Source: Lingula anatina (lineage: Eukaryota; Animalia; Brachiopoda). From it: a stretch of 64,000 bases of DNA. The DNA is taken from the NCBI GenBank assembly GCA_051362555.1, contig CM120641.1, positions 5,704,001 to 5,768,000 on the forward strand, written 5' to 3'. The translations under genes were made by a program, and so were the position numbers. The notes below the pieces were generated by a model that was not told where the DNA came from, did no database searches, and saw nothing but the letters and a program-made list of their open reading frames with translations. Positions 50,207 to 64,000 of this stretch are shown in pieces (positions within the stretch are counted from its first letter, which is position 1; each line of letters begins with the position of its first letter).

Positions 50207-53200
50207 CTAAATTTCTTCATGACAAGGGTGTTCATTGCATTTCCTGAAATCCAAATCTTTGCCAGAGCAGATGGTTCCGCTTGGGAGGCAAGAGCGCATG
50301 CGTACTTGTATTCCTCCGCCACAACTGACAGGGCACTGAGTCCAGGCGCTGTAAGGACCCCAACTCCCTGATAAAAGAATGGAAAACTAATGTGCTTCGT
50401 ATTTTCAATAATTCATTTGACTGTAAATATGTATTATCACACGTATGCTACCGGAAACAAAGTTGAAAAATGATGAAACACATATATTCAAACAGGAATA
50501 AAATTTGTGTTGGTACAGAAATTACATAAATCATGAAAAAAGTCAATCGAAATTTTTTCCAACCACAGGACCACGAGAGAAAACATTATGGAAAAAAACA
50601 GGTCCTCTGCAGTACCTGTTCTCTTCTGTATAACTCTATATGTGGCTTGAAACCCCTTGTAAGTATAGGAATCATCTGACGAGAACTTTATCAGCAGACT
50701 GCTGACATTGTAGGTGGCAGTTGTTTCGTGCAGTTGATTGCCACAGTACCTGAAATTAATGCAGTTCAGTAACGTGACAGTGAACTCGTAATTGATGAAG
50801 AAAAGTCCTTTGTAAATATGCCTTCTATTATACGATGTTACGAATACCATGTACAAAACGTGTAATATCTTTATGCTAGACACCGGCATTTAAAGAGACT
50901 TTTCTCTTTTCTCTTAAAAAGTCGACTCCTCTTGGTTTTTTAATAACCAAAATAATAATGATTATAAAACCAGTTGGTCAACAATATATTTTTAACAGAA
51001 GCATCAACGCATACCTTGGTCCCACTTTCTCCGGTCCAAATTTCCTAATTTCGACCCAGTCATATCCACACTTTTGGCGTCCGTGCAGGATATCGTCTTC
51101 AAGGTTGAAATAGCTGAAGGTCACCTCAATACTAGAGCCACGTGGAGCCTGGATTTTACCAGTGTATTAGGTAGCATTATGATTAAACCATGTCACTGAT
51201 ACTATTAATTTCTACAGCTCTTAGTTTTATTATCACTACGCGTTTATTTTATGGAAAGTAAGTTCAATACGACTTTTCCCTTGCCTTTATGTGTTCATTG
51301 ATGTTCATGAATGGTATTTAAATATCATACACATGAAGGATGACATACTCAAAGGATACATTTAAGGAATGCAACCCTATGAAAAACTGAGGTTAATATA
51401 CGAAATACATCTTAGAGAAAACCGAAAACTCCACTCCACGCCACTAAACTTTCAAGCCAAATAATTGATGGAACACTTCACAGACATGACTGTGAACAAC
51501 AATATCTGTTTACAAATGCGCATGAATTTTCATTTTATGACAGTTTTCTTAGGTAAATCGAAATATTCACCAAGCAGGTAAGATTTAACGGGTTTTAAAC
51601 CTGGTTAAATGGTGGAGTATCAAAGGAAATTTAAGGACACTGGGGGTCACAAAGACATCGATATCATCCTATTTGAGAAGCATGTCGTACACGTTTCACT
51701 GTCGTAAACGTTTATTTGACCAAAAGACATCCGCTGAATTACCTGTAGCTTTTCACTTTAGCATTCACAGTTTAAACTGCCTACACTTTTTTCAATAGTA
51801 AAGATGATGATAATTATTTCTTGCAACTAAAGCAGTAAGATTTTCATGAAGTTTTATAAAAGCTGCAGTTAGAGTTAAAGTTTTTAATCTTTAAAAGAAG
51901 CAACCAATGCGCCTATGCCATGTTTAATTTATGCTTTCGACAGTGACAATGTAGTCAACTCTCGGGTTCTGAAGCGGATTGTATTTGTTACACTTCACCT
52001 ATCATTTTCTTTCCAGACACTCCTTAGTAAGAAGTTTTTACACTGCTAAAACCACTTACTTTGATAAACCAATAACAGGTAGTTTCGTTCAAATAGTTAT
52101 CAGGCCAGTTGGGTGTCTGAATCGTCCCTTGGCATGTCTCATACACCCCTCCACACACTGAAATAAAGGTCATTGGATTACAGATGGAACTACAGAAAAA
52201 ATAGTAAACATTTCAAATTTGCCTTTCACAGCTGAGATGATTTCATATTGTTTGGAAAAAAACTTATCCTTATGAATGTGTTATCTCTTTTCGTGTTTTT
52301 TAATTGCAAGTCAAAGTTTTCCTGATTTAAAAATTAAAATATGAAATGCTCACAGTCTACCGGGCATGAAAAGAGTCATGCCAGCCTGACTTTTAGAGTA
52401 CTGACAATGACTACCGTGGACTGGAAACGAGGTTTGTATAAAAACGAAACTCAACGTGTGTGACGTTGACAATTTACATCCTTTCTTCTTCATTTTATTA
52501 TTATTACCTATTTTATTGATTTACTTATCATTTTATTTATTTAATTACTTTTTGTTAAGTAAATAAATGAAAAATTCGCATGACTGCGTTATCCCGTTTA
52601 GTGTTTTTCCCCACATTCCTCTGAAAATATTGTTAGTCATTTATTTATTCATTATCTTATTTATTTACTTACTTTGTTTATTTAGTAATTTTATCATTTA
52701 TTTTATTGTCATTTATTTATTACTGTTCGGAATAAGTCTATGATTTGATTGTAATAGTCTGTAATTGGTCTGTGGAAGAAACTTAGAACTTACTGCCACT
52801 GGGTTTAGCCACATCTGTACAATAAGGTCCTCCCAGTCCTTCTGGACACTTACAGTTACAATCAGGACCAATAAACCCACCGTTCTCACACTGAATGTGA
52901 GACTCACAGTGCTCTGGAGATAAGATGTATAATATCTTACAAATCACAAATGTAGTACAAATCTCAGTATACTGAAGTATAAAACGCAAGGAAATTCGTA
53001 ATGTTTGATATTGCTAATCGTATAAACCTTGTTTGGCAAAAATAATTAGTGTTTAAAAAAAACAGAAAGGTGGCAACTAGCAAAAAGTTTACTATACTCA
53101 TCTGAAAAAAATTGAAGAAAATGTTATAATGAAAATAAGACAGAAGATCGTTACGTAAAAATTCACTTGCTTGATGTTATGTAAGTAAAATTTTACAAAT

Positions 53201-55923
53201 ACAAGAACACTTTTGTTTTACCCACCGTTACATTTGTACAATTCGTTAGCCGTTTTAATGTCATAGAAACTAAGCCCTAGTCTCTGTCCTATGACATTTT
53301 GCATCTCCTTGTCCTTGGTCACCAACGTGGCTTTGCCTTCAATGATACTTTTGTTAGTCGCGAATTCCTACAAAACAGTTAAACATTGCATTGAATTTAG
53401 CTCCTCGTAATTTTATGTGATACATGTACGTGACGGAAAGGTCAACCATCAGACTGAATTGTTGAATCAGTTGAAACCTTAGATATGATCAAAATCGTGT
53501 AACTTTGGTGAGTAACCTCCCTTATATCAAGAGAGGCGTTGTACAAGGCGGGCAATACGACTCCCCTTTTCCGTAAAGTTTACTCAATTTCAGTAGTCTA
53601 ATGCCAGAAGGTGCTCCTGCCCCAAAGACCTTGGTATTCTCCGTGGTAGCACACAATACATATAAAGCCCGCACGGACCTGCGTTTCACCAATTTGTTAG
53701 TAGAGATGCAGGTCTAGAAATATTGAGAAAAAATCAAGAACTAAGGATACTGGCAGGGGGTAAAGCACAGCTAAGTAAATTTTTACTTATTTTACCCTCT
53801 GCCTCGACGCATTCGTGCTACGACTCCTTTTAAGATCTAATTATAAGAATATGACAAGATCACACTTCTCACACACAAGCAACTCTTTGACCATTACAAT
53901 TTCTAGATACGTACGGTGTCGCCGTAGTGCATAATTGAGCCCAAGTCATACGGGATATTTTCATCTGAAACTTTTGATCGGCTGTACATCTCAAAGTTTC
54001 CTTCTTTGCCTGGCTTTATGTTCTCTGCCTTAACTTCGACGTAAAAGTCCCTATCAGGGCGTGACTGCTCGTGGTAGAACCCCAGTGCGTGCCCTAGTTC
54101 GTGGACCATTGTACCCTACCAGCGGAAAAATAGTGAGGGATTAGAATGAAAAGCGCTCAAGTTGAAAGTGATACATCGATAAGATTCTCAAAGTTAACCA
54201 CCGCGGGGACATTTATGGGTTTTAAAGTGTGTCAGAGCATGGCAGTAGAACTTATACTTTCGTGGTCAGAACCGGTTATTCTTGAAGGTAGTGTAGGTGA
54301 ACTGATAAAAAATAAGCAGAGTTTCTTTGGGATAAAAAATAGATAAAGCAAAGAACTGATTATACATATATGGGCATATTTCGGAAAAATAACATACCAA
54401 ATCATCACAGTATGTCCCCACTGAAATTTCTTGTTTACCATTGCGCACCCGTCCTACGAAGGAATAACACCTGCAAAGAGTATTTAATCAAAAAGAGTTT
54501 TTCATTTAAGTGGCACATTTAAATCAAGTATAAAGCATTTTCACACACACATTCTCACACAAAAATAAATAAATAAATAAATAAACAAGGTAAATAATGA
54601 TGCAAATGTTAGCATAAAGTAAACCTCACATAACTGAAAGCATTGTCAAAACACTTGTAAAATAGACCCCTCCTCCTTTTTTATGATTTTTGAATCTGTC
54701 CCCTGCTTCCTCTGAAACACAAACATAAGCAATGAACAACTACTGACATTAACATTCTTCATGGAATGCCAAACAATTGCTTACCCGTTGCCTTTAAAGA
54801 AGTCGATAAAATCATCATGTCCAAGGACACCCGCCAGTTTTTCGCTGTATGGACTGAAGCGAACGCACGTATGTTTTTCCCAATGCCCCATTGCTTTCTT
54901 GACGTTCTCTTGGACCTGCGGAGCTGTGTACAACACATGCAAACTTGTATTATTTTTGTAAGTAAACATAAACTGAAAATTATCTTAAAACGTTGCAATA
55001 TTTAATGCTGTAGAACCAAGTTATCTTTTTATATACGTGTTGATCCATTGGTTGGAATCGCAAAAACGATGAAAACCGATTCGGAGTGACCCTGTTAATT
55101 GGCCTGCATAACATTTGAAAAGAGTTGTATAATCTGCAGTATATACAATAGTGTTGCATAATATATTAGAAACTCACTTATACTTTTACTGAACACGTAA
55201 GGCACTTCCCCTTGGGGCCAAAGGCTGGTGATGTCTTGGATTGCTTTTCTCTTGGATTTAACTGAACGTAAACTTCTCCTTCTCCTTCTAATAAATGTTG
55301 GGGCATTTCTGCCGGTCTCCGTTTCGATGTGTTTTGCTTGTTCTGTTGTTAACAGTAAGTCCCCTTCAAACTGACCCGGGATTGTCTCCACGATGGATTG
55401 AGTAGCGTAAGCTCTTGGCTTCGACTTCCCGGCTATGTTTCTATTTTTCTACAAACATTTAACTGATAACAATCATACAAACCACTCACACAATAAATTG
55501 ATATTACATAAAAGAAACTGAGAGTTCTGGGAGTCATGATATTATAAAAATTTCTTTCAATTACTGCAGTTGTGAGATAGGCTTGATAATTTTTGTTACT
55601 TGCAATACTTAAAACCACAATTGTCGAAGCTTATCTCATTTTAAAGTTTATCAGTGTATTTAGAAGATGAAGATACCCTGAATAAATCCTCCAGAATTCT
55701 CTCCTCCTTCTGCGTGGCGGTCAAAGGAGCCTAAATGAGATAATGTCTTCTATAATATGGCTTTATTAAACATAAATAGTCACTTAAATTGCAAATTATG
55801 TAAACGAATCAGGAATAGAAAATGAATGTTTCTTACCGAATTAACAATTGCGACAAACGAAAACAATACCAGTGCTGAAGTGAGTTCAGATAATTTCCCG
55901 CGGAGGCGACCCATTCCTGCCAT
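50207..55923 (-). CDS. Astacin metalloprotease 3 (more divergent paralogue), 12 exons, ~537 aa
   Basis: Exons 55837-55923, 55677-55730, 55178-55448, 54785-54923, 54398-54470, 53915-54115, 53226-53367, 52794-52913, 52060-52157, 51015-51148, 50616-50749, 50207-50367 (1614 nt, in frame); FEGD, RRRRR, HELGHALGFYHEQSRPDRD, SIMHY, EGF, CUB, TSP1. Confidence 0.92.
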
Positions 55924-56018
55924 AAATTCTTTTCTCACGAACGGTCAGCCAACGTGCCCTTCAAACGCGCACTATCAAAGGAACTCTGTTGCGCGATTTA
56001 CATAGCTTCCTCATGAGG

Positions 56019-56027
56019 TTTTTATAG
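56019..56027 (-). promoter_or_regulatory. TATA box of astacin 3
   Basis: GTCTATAAAAAC ~100 bp upstream of the ATG. Confidence 0.65.
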
Positions 56028-57540
56028 ACGTGCAAAAAGAAGGAAAAGGTATGCGTATTGTGTGAATGATTAACGTATTATAAAGTGACATAACATTACA
56101 ATAAGTGTTAAGCAATAAATCGCATTTCAAACAAAGACATGGGAAATTAGCACTCTAAATTGATCTTGGATATGATGAGAAAAAGATTTGTCTCCTTCAT
56201 TTTCTCGTCAAGCACGGAGAAAGAGACATGGCATTCTTGTACTTATGTCTAACAAAAACGGAAAAAGCTCTCATTTCGAGTACATTTCATGAACGGCAGA
56301 TGTTGGGGTGATTTGCCCAACCAAAATAGACGATTTATGAAACACTAGATTTATGAAACACTAGTCAAATCTATGTATAGCAGAAAATCGTTCCGTGTGT
56401 CATTATTTACTGCTATCTCTTCATTGAATTCAGCTGGGCATCATATGTTAAACTCTCAGAGGACCTGGGTACAATATTTAGCTAATGCGCCCCCCACCCC
56501 CTTTCGCTTTTTTGTGACAACCATATAATCGGAATAATTAAGAATCCAGAGACTATACCATGGACCAAATTTTAATATCATTAAAACATATGGTTCACAA
56601 ATTATCATGCTTGAATTATCAGCAGAACTTAGTTATAATAAGCTATAATACACTTTGATTATTTCACTCTGCAAACAATGTAATGATCTGCTCAACTTGT
56701 CATTTTAACGATAATATACAAAAGTGCAAAAGAATTATTTAGAACCCAGACACTATACCGCTGCGCAACGGAGACGGTTATATAGGCACACATTTCCCCT
56801 ATTCCCTCCTCCCTCCCCCCCCCCCCCCCCCCAAAAAAAAAAAAAAAAAAAAAACGAGTCAAATTTAAGCAATTTTTTAGTTCTTGTGCCCCACATATTA
56901 TAGTATAGTAAATTGTCCTTGTATACTATTTAACAGATGAATTTTAGGCTTGCCCCAGATTTCTTTAGCAAAATCCTTTATCAGCGAGTGCAAGGCGTGT
57001 TCAGTCAATTTACCCAGTTGACCGCTGTTCGCTGAGATGTACTTCTCTGATAACGTGGTATTGTCAAAATGTAGAGTATGAGCGTAAAAATAACTCGACG
57101 CTTGCATTTCCAACACACAGAGTTTACTAGGCGTACAAGAGACACAATTTACATAATGAAAAGATTTCTTGCGTCGTAGCAAAATCTCTTCTAAAACTGG
57201 CATCAATACAAAGTTGTCTTTTCCCTAAATAGCGACATATTCTTAATGGTATCGCCCATCTTGCAAATACCCTCGTTTCCGCTATGCACCTGAAAAAAAT
57301 ATATAGCAATTCAAACAAAATCTGAGTCTGAACAGAACTCCTATATTCAAATTATGAAAAAAAAAATGCATGTGAACCAGAATTGGTTGCTCTCTGTTGC
57401 ATTTTAACTACCTAATCTAAAAGCCTACATTTTAAGATTTTGAAAGTAACAAAGCAAAAGCTAACATACATTATAGTCTAGCATGAACATAAGGTAGTTT
57501 TGTATAACAAAAAAAAAAAAAAATTAATTTCACCTGGTAT

Positions 57541-61673
<4,133 letters not shown>

Positions 61674-63210
61674 CGCGCTGTTTACGTGTCAACTAACGTA
61701 CAATAAAACAGTAAATGATTTACTCAGGCGGCAGAGGAGTATTATGTACACTCGTTCTCTGTGACATGAAACGACCAAGGTGACTTTGAGCTGATAAACG
61801 TTCAATAAATAAAACAGTACAGGCCTAGATGAACCGGATCTTAAAAAAAATAATAATAATACCACTAATACCTGATGTCGTACTATTTCCTTCTACGGTT
61901 CCCGGAGGCGCACTAGACGTATCCGGGTGATACAATGTAGGGAACACTCATCAGGCATATTTAGAGACAAAAAGTTGATTTCATCATATTGCTTTGTTTT
62001 TTTAACCAAATTCTGACGGTGCATCTCTTATAAGGAGATTGGAGGTGTTGTACGCTCCTTTTTTCAAGCCAACCACAATAATTTTATCACTATATGTCCC
62101 TCAGTGTGGATTGTATAATATTACACATAAAAATATAATCATATTCACTATTTTTTCACATCTTCCACAGCCCAAAGTGCTCATTTAACATAATTCCAAA
62201 GCATTGCAACGGTGGTGGAATCTTCCTTGCCACGCAGGCAACCCAAGTTTATTTCGCGGCGGACGTTACGTTTTGATCTTGTGCGGCAACACTTTGGGAC
62301 ACTGGATGTCACCGTTTAATTTATGAAACTGTAGTGCTACACGTTTTGTTTGTATTTTTACCAGGCTGTATAAAGTAGACAAAAAGGTGTTAAACTTAAT
62401 TTGGTGAAAATATGAGTTAACAAAGAAAAAAGAGTGTTGAAGGGATGACAACTCTTCATTTTGGCAGGATAAGTGCCATAAAACGTATTTTCCTGGGGGA
62501 ACGATAATTTCCCTATACTTTCTAATAGTTAATGAATATCAAACTTAGCCCATTGATTTTTTTTATAGTGTGATTACTGTAATAATCTCTAAAGCCATCT
62601 ATGAAGGTCCAAGTGGTCCAACAGCAAGCACAGGTTTCAGAATAATTGTAATTGCCGCCGTTTTGGTGGTAATTAAAAATAGAATTTACTATTATAATAT
62701 TTCTGTGCTGTTTACAATGTGGGTTTTTTGAATCTGATATGAAGAGTTGTTATCCCTTCAAATGTATTTCAATAAAACGTTTTTTTTTTGGGCTTTCAAG
62801 AGATCAGCATATCTATTAACAGACTATAACTGATCCCTACATCTATGTCACTGGCCAAGATCTGGAGAATCTTAAGACAGCTCGCTCATTCAGCTAACCG
62901 TACAACCTTGGACATAATAAATTTTAGACATAATTCGAAGAAAGATAAGTTAGTGATGTTGCGATTTGGCCATTACATCGCTACCGTCTTTGACAGCATA
63001 CCAGAATGTGAATATTTCACCAGTTAAAAACATTTTGCTGTTTAAAAGTCTTCATAATGAACGTGTTAATCATATTTTAACACGACAACAAGACCCAAAT
63101 AGGTTAAAAGTGTGTCAAAGTTTAGGCATCCTGCTCTTTTTTATTGTAGCTTTTTTATTGAAAAGGAAAATTTTTTTTTCACAAATTCCTTTTTTATACA
63201 TTTATAAATA

Positions 63211-63878
63211 TAGTCTAGTGAGATTTTCGAAAAAAGGCTCTGCATAAGAGGTAAGGGGCATTTTGGGGTAAAAGTTGGGAACCAGGCTTATAAGCATAAT
63301 TTTGGGATGCTGAATCTGATTTACCCGGTTCCCAAGCGAAAATTTGCGTTTTTAACGGTCTAATTTGCAAAAAAACAAAATGGCCGCCAGCTTTCCTATT
63401 TTCTGCAATATCTCTGGAACTAGACAGGCAAATATGACAAATGAACTGTCTTTACCTATATTTTCAGGGTCGAGGAACATTATTAAGATGTTTCTGTTAG
63501 AATTAGATTTACGCAATTTTCCTAAATATGCAAATTAGGATCGCCATTACTGAAAAACCGTTTTACTTCTGTATCTCTGTAACTAGGCAAGCAAACATTA
63601 CAATTGAAGTGTCTACACCTATGTTCTCAGGGTCAGGGAATGTGATAAATCAGATTTCTTGTCTGATGGGTAGCACTGACTTTGTGAATCGTGTCCGAGT
63701 AGCACCTTTTATTGTTTCTTCCCTGTATCTGTCAAACACTAGTCAATCTGCTGAAAGTTAGAACCTGCCTTCAGAAGTGCTCTTACGTACGTGTCAGCCA
63801 ATCTACCAAAGGTCACTGCATTGTCAGCCTTTCCCAGTGAAATTGCCAGTGCTTTCCCATCAATTACAAGGCAAGGTG
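63211..63878 (-). mobile_element. Academ-like transposon fragment (terminus, internal repeats and nuclease-domain remnant)
   Basis: Begins TAGTCTAGTG; ~160-bp internal repeat (63410, 63571); minus strand 63660-63878 reads CLVIDGKALAISLGK..TFGRLAD..QQID/VFDRYREETIKGATRTR with one frameshift, resembling the VIDG..TF..VFDRY..IK..R pattern of Academ-type proteins. Confidence 0.6.
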
Positions 63879-63880
63879 AG

Positions 63881-64000
63881 CAGAGGCGGATCCAGGATTA
63901 TTTGAAGGAGGAGTCCGCGGATGCAAAGCCGACCCCCCCCTACTTGGCAACGGGTGGCCTGTTGAAGGGGCCTGTTGAAGGGCCACGAAAAATTTTGGTA
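63881..64000. mobile_element. CAGAGGCGGATCCAGG MITE, cut by the window edge
   Basis: Similar to 39051-39120 (inverted) and 7415-7550. Confidence 0.7.

Overview
AT-rich, intron-rich animal genomic DNA, probably a marine invertebrate (lophotrochozoan-like; inference). Six protein-coding genes can be assembled by hand, all with consistent splice phases: (1) a single-exon melatonin-receptor-like class A GPCR (-, 3618-4592); (2) head-to-head with it, a 10-exon HHIP-like gene (+, 8058-25358, ~684 aa) that ends in an S/T-rich stalk and a GPI-like tail instead of EGF/SRCR; (3-5) three tandem 12-exon astacin metalloproteases with signal-pro-astacin-EGF-CUB-TSP1 architecture (-, 26221-32525, 35388-43362, 50207-55923); (6) an 11-exon secreted SRCR-C-type-lectin-kringle protein with no protease domain (-, 57541-61673, ~447 aa), including two microexons and a GC-AG intron. 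Non-coding DNA holds many transposon relics: Harbinger/Tourist-type MITEs, CAGG-ended MITEs with 5-6 bp TSDs, TTAA Kolobok-like elements, two Tc1 fossils, a Penelope GIY-YIG fragment, an L2 3' end, a Helentron-type HINE inside a probable solo LTR, Academ-like pieces and two 38-bp P-like micro-elements. Local duplications supply filled and empty sites for many of these insertions. No rRNA, tRNA or CRISPR was recognised. All coordinates were derived by eye and family assignments come from motif recognition, not database searches.
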